A stretch of DNA of 64,000 nucleotides, taken from positions 261,950,001 to 262,014,000 of the forward strand of contig OZ024740.1 in the NCBI GenBank assembly GCA_964016885.1. Direction: 5' to 3'. A model generated the notes under the pieces. The model saw only the letters and a program-made list of their open reading frames with translations, was not told the DNA's origin and did no database searches. The position numbers were made by a program, and so were the translations under genes. Source of the stretch: Eledone cirrhosa (taxonomy: Eukaryota). Below are positions 1 to 12,720 of this stretch, piece by piece; the first letter of the stretch is position 1; each line of letters opens with the position of its first letter.

Positions 1-489
1 TATTTTTTCAATCGCTTTTTGATTCCTCACACTTCCTTTTCCCGTCCCATTTTTGACGCCTCTGGAAACATCATGAAATCTTGTCTGAGATATTACCTAG
101 TTTATTAAATAACTATCCAATTTTTTTCCTTTAGGCTTCGCGTGCGTTCCGAAATTCTTTTCAAAGCGAACTGGCGTGTATCTCTTACTATTGTTGCATT
201 AGCACGAGGTCATGTTGTGTTCACCGTAGGGACACCATTATGTTTCCATTATTTATCCACATCCACACAGGCACACACGTCCATACACTCGCACGCACAT
301 TCACGCATACACACATACATACGTACACACAGGCACACACACACTAACATGCATACACTCTACTCTGCCGCTAAAGGCAGTGTATTCGAAGCGCATCAAT
401 CTCTTGCGCTAAAGGCAATTTTGCACTTAGAATTCCTAAAATTTCATGTAGCAGCAATTCTTTTTTTTTTTCGAAATTTTTTCTCTTCC

Positions 490-570
490 CGTTATTATTA
501 TTATCATTAGTATCATCATCATCATAATCATCATTAACAATAACAAAAACATCATCACCATCACCACCAC

Positions 571-625
<55 letters not shown>

Positions 626-738
626 GTCATTGTTATCATCCTCATCATCATGATCATCACACTTATTATTTTAACCGAAATAGATTTCAGTAAATCTAGA
701 CAATCATGAAACAAAGTTCAATGGTCGTTAATTGTATT

Positions 739-807
<69 letters not shown>

Positions 808-900
808 AAGAAAGAAAGAGGGAGAGAGAGTGAGATAGAGAAAGAGAGAGTAAGAGGGAGAGAGAGTGAGATAGAGAAAGAGAGAGAAGAGAGTGAGATA
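490..900. repeat. (ATC)/(ATT)n and (AG)n microsatellites
   Basis: Direct reading. Confidence 0.95.
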
Positions 901-1170
901 GATGAAAGTAGAAAGTAAAAAAATGTATGTTGTATGCCTATTCACATACACACATGTACGTTGATTGACTGTAAGTAAAACGTTGAAGTCTACCATCATA
1001 TGGTTGTCAATGCATCAATGTAAGTTCACTACGCAAGTAAAATGGCGGCTCTTATCTGTGATTAGCAAAAGCCGAAGAGAAATTAAAATTGATAATAGAA
1101 TTTTCGAATATAAAATTGCAGTCTACTAAACAAGAGAGATAAAATAATACTTAACACACAGCTATGTGCT

Positions 1171-1508
<338 letters not shown>

Positions 1509-2426
1509 ACGCTATCTTTAAAAAAAAGATATTTAGAGAAAAAAGATATTAGTGAGTTGAAAATTGTCTTTGATGAATTAATACTGAAAAGATGATAAGC
1601 TTCAACGAAATTCTATCCTGATTCAGTTCTCGATAAGAAACGAGATTTGAAATATATCAAAAAAATACTCCCATCCAACCCCCTCCGAACAAAGCAAAAA
1701 ACTTTAAAAAAATGCGGAATCTCTTCTTGTATGTCATGTTATATTTGTTGTTGTTGTTGTTGCTATTATTATATTCAAAAATACACACACACACATACAT
1801 ACACACACACACAAACAATCAAAACAAAAAACTAAAAATAATCAGAAATATCTTCTTGTATTTCATGTTATATTGTCTGTTGTTGTTGTTGTTGTTGTTA
1901 TCATTACCATTATCATCATCATCTTCCCCACCATCATCATGATCCTCATCATCATCATCATCATCATCATGATCCTCATCATCCTCACCATCGTCATCAT
2001 CATCTTCATAATCATTATCCACACAGTTTTCATTTTGTCGTTATTATTACTATTGTTGTTATTGTTGTTATTTAAGATAATTGCATAAAATATCCAACAT
2101 TTAAGGTTTAGAAAAGTGTGAAAATAATGTGGAAATAAGGAACAAGAATGTTTTAAAAAATTCCAAATAAATCCATATTTTTTTTCCAAGTCTCATGTTA
2201 CGATTGAAAAGTATAGACGAGAAATAAGTAGAAAAAAGCGGGAAAATATAATAAACCAAGAAAAAAAAAAATCCCATAGATCAGTAATTCTTTTTGAAAA
2301 GTTATCTCTGAAACAGTGGAATTTTTTATATTTATTTATTTAGGAATTTATAGGAAAGAAGGAATAAAAGAAAACCGTAAAAACAGTAAGAATAAGTGTA
2401 ACATGGATATGGAATTTTTCATTGCA

Positions 2427-2427
2427 T

Positions 2428-2478
<51 letters not shown>

Positions 2479-2488
2479 CATCCCACCA

Positions 2489-2542
<54 letters not shown>

Positions 2543-2552
2543 CATCCCACCA

Positions 2553-2584
<32 letters not shown>
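2427..2584. repeat. (TAC)n microsatellite
   Basis: Direct reading. Confidence 0.95.
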
Positions 2585-2712
2585 GCTGGTGATGTTGGAG
2601 TGTAGTATATGTTATCTTTATATACGTTTATAAAACTGAAATTATGTTTTTATTTTAGTGAAAAGATAAATAGTAGAGAAAATTTTAAGGAAACAGAAAT
2701 ATATAGTAAATA

Positions 2713-2838
<126 letters not shown>

Positions 2839-3339
2839 TACGTACTTTCACACACACACATTTATATACATATGTATGTGTGTGTGTGAGCATGTGGGTG
2901 TGTGTACACATACACGTATATATACATACTTACATCGATATATATATCAACATACTGTTAATAGGTTTAACTTTATATATTATTTCAGAAAATCGTTATG
3001 GTAAGGGTAAAATGTAATTATGTTATAAATAACATGTCTCGCTGTCAGTATTTTCAGTACTGATCACTTCACATCTATCTTATTAACTGAGTGAGACTGC
3101 CAAATACTAGTATTTCAAAAACTTTATCTATCTTCGGTGCGGTTTTCTCACTTAGTATTTAGGCAAATTTCGCAACAAATAATTGTTTTGTCAAAGTTCC
3201 CATTTGCTTACACATATGTACACACAGACACAGACATATACACAAACATACACACGCGCCCCTACCACCATATATATATATATATATATATATCTATATA
3301 TATATATATATCTATATATATATGCATAGTTATATTTAA

Positions 3340-3422
3340 TTTGCTGGGATTCCAACAAACTTAAAAGTTTATAACTAAAAGTTTATTCCAGTTAACTAAC
3401 ATCAATGACTGAGACTCAAAGA
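3340..3422 (+). mobile_element. 3'-terminal fragment of R4/Dong-like element
   Basis: ttccagttaactaacatcaatgactgagactcaaa followed by (AAT)n matches the 3' ends at ~7025-7062, ~16270-16302, ~17330-17353 and ~61275-61313. Confidence 0.85.
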
Positions 3423-3433
3423 GTAATAACAAC

Positions 3434-3493
<60 letters not shown>

Positions 3494-3495
<2 letters not shown>

Positions 3496-3848
3496 TTTCT
3501 TTATTAACCACAAGGGTTTACATGAAGTAGACATTAAGGACAGTGCAGGACAATGCAGGACGGTACAAATGGGCATTTCTGCGTGTAAAAAACAAAAACA
3601 GAGGATGTAACAAAAATAACAATGATTTCTTTATTAACCACAAGGGTTTACATAAAGTAGACATTAAGGACAGTGCAGGACAATGCAGGACGGTACAAAT
3701 GGGCATTTCTGCGTGTAAAAAACAAAAACAGAGGATGTAACAAAAATAACAATGAAAATAACAATGAAAAATTCCCCAATAGGGGGAGACTTCGGAGGGA
3801 CATTTGTGGAGAAAGCCCAGTAAAAAGCCACAATGACCCTGACCACCA
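3494..3848 (-). mobile_element. Tx1-like 3'UTR fragment with 130-bp tandem duplication
   Basis: Minus strand ends ccttgtggttaataaagaaatc-(ATT)n and is similar to 16336-16600; units at ~3488-3617 and ~3618-3747 are near identical. Confidence 0.75.
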
Positions 3849-3854
3849 CAATAA

Positions 3855-6800
3855 TAATTGGCCGGGCAGGCTCGGGTAATAAGAACTAATGGGTGGATAA
3901 GCGAGCTTGAACTGGAGGAACTGCGCAGAGAGATTAGCTTGGAAATGGAGAGTGGAGTATGCCAGACAAACGAACCAGTGGGAAATGAAGGTGAAGAGGG
4001 TGAGAGAACGGAGGAACCACTCGAAGCAGACACTGATCTGAATGCTGAAATAAATAATACCTGGAACAAAGATACGGCCATTGAGGAGATGAATGCTGAC
4101 GGGATAGGAAAAGATTTGGTTGATATCCTGAACTTAGTGGTAGATGAATTGAATAATGATAGTGGGAAACCTATGAACCTAAGATTTGTAGACAGGAAAA
4201 AGTTAAAAGAAACAACAGCTAAGGTAAACAAAGTCATCCCATACCTTGAGGCGAGGAGCCTTCACCAGTGCAACAATATCCTCAAAGCAACAGCAAATGC
4301 GGTGAGGAAATTACTTGGTATAAAAGCGAGAGGAAACAGCAAACAAGAAAGATCAGAGCCTTGGTGGAAGAAACGACTGAGTGGTCAAATCAGGGAAATG
4401 AGAACTGACATTGGAAAGCTTGAGTCCCTACTGAATGGGACACTAAAAAACATAGACACTAAAAATAGACTGGAAATAAAGTACAAAACTAGGAGGAAAA
4501 AGCTAAATATTATCATAGAGGAACTGAAGCAACGCATTGTAGCAAAGAGTGCAAAAATTAGGCGATACGAGAGCAGAGTCAGTCAGTATAGACAGAACCG
4601 CATGTTTGACAACAACCAGAAGATGCTGTTTGGACAGCTTGAGGGGAAAGAAAGAGGCAACGACTTGATTCCTGAGGCGGAACAAACTAAAACATTCTGG
4701 AGAGGAATATGGGAGCAGGATGTTAAACATAATGACCATGCAGTGTGGATTGAGACAGTACAAAAGGAGATTAGTGAACAGGCACACCAACAAACTGACT
4801 TGAGTATCACAGTTGAAACTCTTAAGGGGCAGGCCAAAATACTAACCAACTGGAAATCACCAGGCCCAGATGGTGTGCAGGGGTATTGGATTAAAAATAT
4901 AACATCCCTCCACCCGAAACTGACAACCATGTTCAATGACTGCTTGATGTCAGGTGAGGTACCAGAGTGGTTGACAAAAGGTACCACAGTTCTGGTAATG
5001 AAGGACCGAAACAAGGGTAATGATGTTACCAACTATAGACCTATCACATGTCTGTCCGTAATGTGGAGACTGTTGACAAGTATTATGTCTGAGGAAATCT
5101 ACCATCACCTCCACACAAACAACTTGTTACCGGACGAACAGAAAGGATGCCGAAAGAAGTCTCGTGGTACAAAGGACCAGTTACTTATTGATAAGATGGC
5201 AATGAGGAATTGCAAGAGAAGATACACTGGTCTTGCCATGGGATGGATAGACTACAAAAAGGCATTTGACATGGTGCCTCATTCTTGGATCACCAAAAGC
5301 CTGGAGATCTTCAAGGTGGCAGATAACATCAGACAGTTGTTGGGCAAAAGTATGAAGTCCTGGGAAACAGAGTTAACATCAACTGGAGAATCCTTGGGAA
5401 GCGTGAAGATCAAGAGAGGTATCTTCCAGGGAGATAGTCTGTCCCCTCTGTTGTTTGTCTTTGCCCTGATCCCCCTGACCAGTGTACTGCGAAAAGTGAG
5501 AGCAGGATACAGGTTGGGAAAGGGAGGGCTTAACATCAATCACCTCCTCTTCATGGACGATCTTAAGCTCTTCGGGAAGAGTGAGAAGGAGTTGGATGTG
5601 CTTGTTGACACTGTCCGTATTTTCAGCAATGATATATGTATGCAATTTGGTATTAGTAAGTGTGGAGTCCTTGTGATGAAGAGGGGTAAATTGAGCAGTG
5701 GTAACGGAATCCAGGTACCAACAGATGAGATGATAAAGGAAATTTACTCTGAAGAAGGATACAAGTATTTGGGTGTTCTGGAGGCTGATAACATCAATAA
5801 CCAAAAAATGAAGGAATTGTTAAGAACTGAATACATTCGGAGAGTAAGGAGCGTATTAAAGTCACATCTGAACAGTAGGAATGCCATAAGTGCAGTAAAT
5901 TCCCGAGCTGTGTCTATTATTAGGTACAGTGCGGGAATTCTGAGATGGAATGTTGCTGAACCATAAGAAATGGATAGGAAGACTAGGAAGCTATTGACTA
6001 TCTACAACATGTTCCACAAGAGGAGTGATGTCGATAGACTCTACTTAAGGAGATCTGAAGGTGGAAGAGGTCTTATCAGCTTAGAGGACTGTGTTCAGAT
6101 GGAGAAAAACAACCTACACAAATACGTGACTGATAGTAAGGAGCCAATGCTCAGAACTGTACTGAAGGAGGGGACAATAGACCAGGGGATGTCCAAGGAG
6201 GAAATACCATCAAGGAGAAAGAGCAGCCTTCAGGAAAAATCCCTTCATAGTACCTTCTTTGAAAAAACTGAATTCAGAGATCCACAGACATGGAACTGGT
6301 TGAAAAGAGGAGACCTTAAAAAGGCTACAGAAGGAATGTTAATGGCTGCGCAGGAGCAGGCCCTCAAAACGAAGTGGTTGAAACACCATATTTACAAGGA
6401 GGAGGCTAGCCCACTGTGCAGGATCTGTGGAGAGAGAGAGGAGACTGTGGCTCACATTGTATCCGAGTGTAAACACCTAGCCCAGACTTACTATAAGGGC
6501 TGGAGACATGATATGATGGGCAGGGTGATCACTGGCACCTATGCAAAGTAAACAATTTACCACATTCTGAGAAGTGGTATGAGCAGAAGCCAGAGTCGGT
6601 GATAGAAAACGATCAGGTTAAGGTGCTGTAGGATTTTAGGATACAGACGGACAAGAAACTGGAACACAATAGACCTGGCCTGGTGGTTGTGGACAAAGAA
6701 AACAGATCGTGCCTGATTGTGGATGTGGCCTGCTCATTCGACACGAGAGTGCAAGAGAAGGAAAGGGGGAAAATTAACCGATACCAGGACTTAAAGTGGG

Positions 6801-7060
6801 AGGTAAAAAGGATTTGGAACTGCCATGAAGTCAAAGTGGTCCCGATTGTCATAGGCGCACTAAGTACTATCTCAAAAAGTTTCCAGGGATGGTTAAAGAA
6901 AATTGGCCCTTCACGCTTTTTGGAACGCTTCAAAAGGCATGCTTGCTGGGAACAGCAAGAACCCTCCGATACGTCCTGAATATCTGAGGCTGCAGGTAGT
7001 GGCTTGATATTCATTTCAACAAACTTTCCAGTTAACTAACATCAATGACTGAGACTCAAA

Positions 7061-7062
<2 letters not shown>
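3855..7062 (+). mobile_element. R4/Dong-clade non-LTR retrotransposon, 5'-truncated, inactivated
   Basis: Colinear with 13096-16302; RT motifs (WKSPGPDG, YRPITCL, GIFQGDSLSP, FMDD), CCHC knuckle and RLE remnant; followed by (AAT)n. Confidence 0.93.
3858..6987 (+). pseudogene. Disrupted RT-RLE polyprotein of Dong-like copy 1
   Basis: In-frame TAA at 5964-5966 (AAA in the intact copy), 1-bp deletion frameshift near 6530, TAG near 6630. Confidence 0.88.
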
Positions 7063-7096
<34 letters not shown>

Positions 7097-7334
7097 TTTC
7101 ATTTATTGGCCACAAGGGCCGACATATAGGGGACAATACAAAAGACTGGAACAGTGAGGTTTTACAGAAAATCAAGTAAACATATGAATAACAATAACAA
7201 AGTAACAAGAAAAATACAACAAGAAAAATTCCCCAATAGGGGCGATAACCACCCAGAGTTCGCTCCACCAATCCTGAACGACCCGACGCTTCGAGAACAC
7301 CCTGGAACCACTCTCCTCCTCAAATTTATCCACG

Positions 7335-10300
7335 TACAGGCGCATGACCAGTGTAGGCCCACTCACACGGGCCATTCTCGCCACATTCATCCACCTTTCA
7401 GCAAATGTACTGGGGGGAAGCACTTCTCTCGCCACCTTCACCTTCCTTTCCAAGTGAAACTTGAAAAAGTTGATAAGGGATTGGCCAAAGAGAAAGGTGT
7501 CTGTCTTCAGTCCTTTCAACCTCGTCCACCATACAACCTCTTTCGCTACTGCCACCAGACAGAGGAAAATTTCCTGCCCTTCCTGGCCAAAAGAAGGCGG
7601 CGGGTCGATCTTGACTATGGACTCGGCCGATAGCCGGATCCATTCTACACGCGACAACAGCTGTTCGACATAACTCCACACGGACACTGGACGAGTGCGT
7701 GCAGAACGGTTTCGCCGCTCTGCGCGTATCTTGGGCAGGATCGTCTGACAGCACTTCCGTGCCTGTAGAGTTTATCTCAAACCGGCAGTGCCCCCCGGTA
7801 GCACTGCCAAGCGAGGGATTTTTGTAAATTATCCATCGTCCCCGGCTCAAAAGTCTTCCGGAACAGACTGGTTAGTTCGATTTCGTCGACTCCCAGAGTC
7901 TCTCCGAGTACGTCGTCGCATTTTCCCACCACTAATCCGCATTGCTCGCCTGGTAGAGGGCAGTGAGTGTCTGGAAACATTCCAGATACCACTCACCCAG
8001 TCTCGGTCTCTTCTTGACCCAGGACTGCAGCTCAGTCAAAGAGACGAGCTGCGGAAAGGCCCGTCTGACAAACAGCGACCACACCAGTTCACCGTTTAGG
8101 CAGAATATCTGGAGATGCCGCTGCCTCAGCGCGTGTCTGCGCATCATTATCCATGGCATGCCCAGCCCTCCACGTAGAGGGTGCTGGAAGCAGATGGACC
8201 GCCTCACCAGCGAAATCTGACCCCTCCACAAGAATTTGAAGAGGAACCCCTCCAAGATAGCGAGGCGCGAACGGGGCAAGGGACGACGGTCAGACGGTAG
8301 TAGATGACGGACGCGATATACGCGTTCGCCACCTCCGCCCGACCTTTCAGTGATAGCTTCCTCCCACCCCATTTCTGGGTGAGACTGGCTACCCTGCCCG
8401 TCACCTCGTCCCAATTCCTATCCACCTGGAGGTTTGGCCCGAACCAAACCCCGAGCAATTTTAGCGGTCCGTCCGTCCAGCGCCTAACGACACTGCTGGA
8501 CGGCATATGCTTGCCTCTCCAGGTGCCGAGTTGCAATCCCACCGCCTTTTCCGGGTTAAGTTTTGCTCCCGGCAACCTTTCCTATTCCCCCAATAAGTTG
8601 CCGACACCATCATAGTGATGTCGTCCGCATAAGCCGACAAAGCATTTCCGCGTCCCGGTTCGAGCGGGATGCCCTGCAACAGCTCCAGCTTCCACAGTAA
8701 AAGCTCAAGAGTCAATACGTACAGAACGGAGGAGAGAGGGCACGCTTGACGGACCGATCGGGAGACTTGAAACGGTTCCGAGAGGTGGCCATTAATTTTG
8801 ACCAGCGAGCAGGTGCCGCTGTGCATTGCAGCGATCCAGCTTCTGAAGACGGGGCCGAAGCCAGCCGCCTTGAGGACAGCCTCCAGATACCGATGGTCGA
8901 CCCTATCGAATGCTTTCGATTGACCTAAATTGATCAGAGCCCCACTGAAGCCAGGTTTACACCCTACCCTCTCTATGTTGTATCGCATTAGGTGGAGGTT
9001 GTCGTGTATGGACCTCGTTGGGATTGCGCAAGTTTGCGCCTCCCCAACCAAATCCCCGACGACAAGCGCCAACCTCTTCGCTAACACCCTGACCAAAATC
9101 TTAAACACTGTGTTGAGAAGAGTTATGGGCCTGAAATTGTCTAATGTGTCCCTCTTGTTCTCGCCTTTCCTTATCAGCGTCACTTTGCCCCGGCTCACAG
9201 AACTGGGAATACTCCCATTCTACTGCCAGTTGCAGTAGAGCGCTTCGAGGAGATTGGAGAACAAGTCTGGCATATTTACGTAAAGCTCGTAGGGTAGACC
9301 ATCCAAACCGGATGACTTGCGCCTCATGCAGACGACAAGGGCATCATGAATCTCGGCTGAAGTAATCGGACTTTCGCAGCCCTCAGTGTCGGCCGTCGAG
9401 AGTTGCGGCAAGCCATCGAGGTAAGGACTGAAGTCCGCCACCGTCTCTGACCCGCCATTTCCTCCGAACAACCGAGCAAAATGTTGGCGAAAGGCCTCAC
9501 ACAGCCGCTTGGAATCGCTCATCTCGTGTTCGTCTCGGTCCGTCAAAGTGCGAATCGTGGTTTTATTACCACACTGCGCCTCTGCCACACGGACCCATCG
9601 AACAGCTTTGGTTCCCTCGTTTCTCAGAGCACGCGCCTTTGCTCTGACAATGCAACCTTCATGTTTCGCATTGAAGAAATGGTCTAATGCCATTCTCGTC
9701 GCTAGCACGTTAGTTGCAATGCCACTACCAATAGCCTCGTCTAACTTATCTACCAACTCCCCCTCCTCTCTATTTTTCTCTAACGCTACTTCTTTGCTAA
9801 ACTTTATCGACATTACTCTAATCTCTCTTTTGAGAGCTCCCCATCATCTATTGTTGACGATACCCCCTGTCAACTTTTTCTTAACTAAATTGTTTACCTG
9901 GTCCCTGTAAGCTTTACGGGCTTGAAATGAAATGTTCAACTTCCAGTAACCAGGTTCTAATCTACGCGTCTTATCTAGGTCGACCATACAGATCACAAAC
10001 TTGTGATCTGAATAGGCGACCGTTTTAAAACGGGGACAGCTTACACTATTTCTGTCAATTTTCCTAATGAATATCCTGTTTATATACGATCTAGATGACC
10101 CTATGCGGTTAGCCCAGGTCCACACTGTCGCATTAGGGAAATCTAGTTGGTACCTGTCAGACAGTTGAAACTGGCTGATCAGATACCTGAGGCTTTTGCA
10201 CCCTCTGCTCCTATCGGATACTCCCACACAGTCCCAGCGTGCGTCTAAGATGCCGTTCCAGTCTCCCGCTAACAGTAAACGGCGAGACGTACCCAGAAAG

Positions 10301-10683
10301 GCTTCCAGGCGTTTAAAGAAGTCCGGTCGTCCTGCCCCAGTAGGGGCGTAGACGGCCACCAGTCTAAAGGCACCACCTTCGTTATTGTTCACGTCCAGGA
10401 CCACCAACTTCCCGTCCGGGTCCTGGAAGATCGACCTTACCTCGAGATCCAGGCCTTTCCTAAACAACACTGCCACCCCACCTCCCATTCCCGGCCGGCT
10501 AACAGATGCAAAGATCTGATAGTCGTCGAAAATGGGGGCTAGTGCGCGCGTTTCGGAAATCCTAGTCTCGCTGACGGCAATTACATCCATTTCTAGAGAC
10601 CTGAGCTCGTTGAGCAGGTGACCCTGCTTCCAGGACGTTCCCAGGCCTCGAACATTTAAACTTCCTACTCTTAATACGGCCAT
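7335..10683 (-). pseudogene. Tx1 ORF2 (APE endonuclease, RT, C-terminal zinc finger), broken by stops and frameshifts
   Basis: ORF fragments 9844-10683, 9220-9813, 8461-9198, 8204-8575, 7932-8414, 7172-7687. Confidence 0.88.
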
Positions 10684-10718
10684 GTTGGCAGGTTAAAAGA
10701 GAGAGAGGAAAGGTTTAC

Positions 10719-12466
10719 TTACATTCCGGGCCCTTGTGAAGTTCGGGTGGTTCGACCTCCATAGTTGGTGGGGTTTCTTTTGGGATCCCCTTTAAAAGTC
10801 TTGAAGTGCATTTTACGTTCGGAGTTCTCACGTCCCGAGGAAAGGTGTCTCGTATCTCTTTGCATAAATCGAGCGACATTCGCACCAGAAAACATCTTCC
10901 GGCACGCGAAATGTGCTCGATTTAAACATTCCCCCTCTTTTTGTATATTTTCACTTCGTGCTACGAGAGCCATCAGTTCCTTGTTGGCTCTCCTGACGAG
11001 CACAAAGTTTTGTATGTTTTGTTAGTGTGATTTTATTTGTTTGCGTGGCTGTGGTGGTGATGGTTTTGGTGGTGTTGTTTCGGTTGTGTCTGTGTTTGTT
11101 GTTGTGTCTGTTTGTTGTGAGTGCGGTGTCTGTGGTTTCATATGTTTGTGTGTGTATTAGTTCTTGTGTCTGTTTAGGTTGTTTTCGTTTGGGGGATTCT
11201 GGTGATGGAGATGGTGGTGTTGATTTTGGTGTTATTGGAGATATGTTTGCGTGAGTGGTGTCTGCATTTTTTATTGTGGGTGATTTTGTGCTTTGTTGAG
11301 TTTTTTTTTCCTGTTTGTGTTTCCTTTTTTTGTATTTTGGGGTATTTTGGTTTTCCCTCATCTTCACTACTGTAGATGAGGGGTCTGTGTCTGTAAGTGT
11401 GTCTGTGTGTGTGTGTTTATGTTTTTATTGATGTGTGTATTTTTGTGGGGAGGGGAAATTTGACAACTTTCCTGGGTGGTCAATGTGTTGGTGGTGGTCT
11501 TTCTATTGGTGTTGTTGCTGGTGGTTTTGCCGGTGCTTGTGTTGGTTGTGGTCCTCGCCCCGACGTCGGCAGTAGTGGAGCCCTTCGACCCCTTGCATCT
11601 TTCAGCAGTTGAGGGCAGAAGGCTCGAAAATTGGTTTTTTCCCCACAAAGAAAACAATGCGGCCTTTTAACCTTCGGTCATAATATGAATGACCGTCCCA
11701 TTCTGAAGGCGGATGTGGTCCAGGATTGTCTTCACATTGTCGGGCCTGATCTGGAGAGGCATCTCCAGGTCAACTGCGCTCCACTGCCACAATAGCTTCT
11801 ACCGGGACAGTTAAGTTGGCCCAGGTTTGCTCTTGCTCGATGAGCTTCCAGGCCTGGGCCAACTTTTCATCTTTGTTTGAGAGGTCCATGTTGAAGCATG
11901 GCCTCTTTTTTAGCTGGTGCCGCAGCGAAAGTGTTCTTGTTGTCGTTGGGGGTGTTTTGTTGTTGTTGTTGTTCTTGTTGGTGTTGTTGTTATCACTGTC
12001 GCTGTTAACATTGTTGTCTTTGGTGCCGCCGTTGTTCTCGGTGCAGTTGGTATTGTTGCTGTTGGTGTTGTCGCTATTTGTTTTCATGTTAGTGGTGTTG
12101 ATATTGTTGTTGCATTTTTTGTCATTATTTCTTTTATCAGATAACAGAAATAATTGTTTCTACTTTAGGCACAAGGCCAGCAATTACCCAGTGCAATAAA
12201 GTACCAGTAATGCACTGGGTAATTGCTGGCCTTGTGCCTAAAGTAGAAACAATTATTTCTGTTATCTGTATTTTCGTTGTTGCTGTTACTGTCATTTTTT
12301 TCAAAATTAGAGTTCTCAGTGTTGTTATCATTGCTGTCTTTGTTTACATTGTTTGTGGTGGTGTTTGTTGTATCAATTTCTGTTAAATTGGCCGTAACCC
12401 TCCTCTCAACTTTTATGTCGTTGTAGCACGACAGCAGACATATCGCTGGGGGCGTGGCTCCGCCAT
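10719..12466 (-). pseudogene. Tx1 ORF1 (Asn/Thr-rich N-terminus, gag-like knuckle), disrupted
   Basis: Homologous to 21493-23470; ~340-bp deletion near 11773; SINE-derived hairpin inserted at 12138-12268. Confidence 0.75.
12138..12268. repeat. Perfect 58-bp-arm inverted repeat made of SINE 3' end plus target flank
   Basis: 12138-12195 is the exact reverse complement of 12211-12268, with a 15-nt loop. Confidence 0.92.
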
Positions 12467-12689
12467 GTTTTTTTGTTTTTCTTTTCGATAATATTTTTTA
12501 AATGTAAAAGAGTTCAAATATTTGGGCCAAAAGGCCCAAATATTATTCTTTCCCCTTCACAGGGCAAAGTCCAATGGCTTGTATGCCTTACACAACAACA
12601 AAAAATTTAATAAATAAGTTTTGACAGGTAAATAAATAAACTTACGGGAGCGAGCAAAAAGACGTCCGTTCAGACTCAATAATAACAAC

Positions 12690-12719
<30 letters not shown>

Positions 12720-12720
<1 letters not shown>

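Larger units (their letters stand above)
7095..12677 (-). mobile_element. Full-length degenerate L1/Tx1-clade non-LTR retrotransposon (copy 1)
   Basis: ORF2 starts MAVLRVGSLNVRGL (APE) with LLLAGDWN and SDH motifs; RT pieces (FRPITLLN, KAFDRVDH, SVRQACPLS, AYADD); ORF1 pieces; AATAAA then (ATT)n at the 3' end; AAT tracts on both sides. Confidence 0.92.

Noticed and set aside
1565-1640. ttgatga…gaaa hammerhead-like words
   Set aside because: Core mismatched and no stems could be formed.
11760-11790. ~340-bp deletion in Tx1 ORF1 considered as a spliced intron
   Set aside because: The deleted segment lacks GT-AG boundaries when compared with copy 2.
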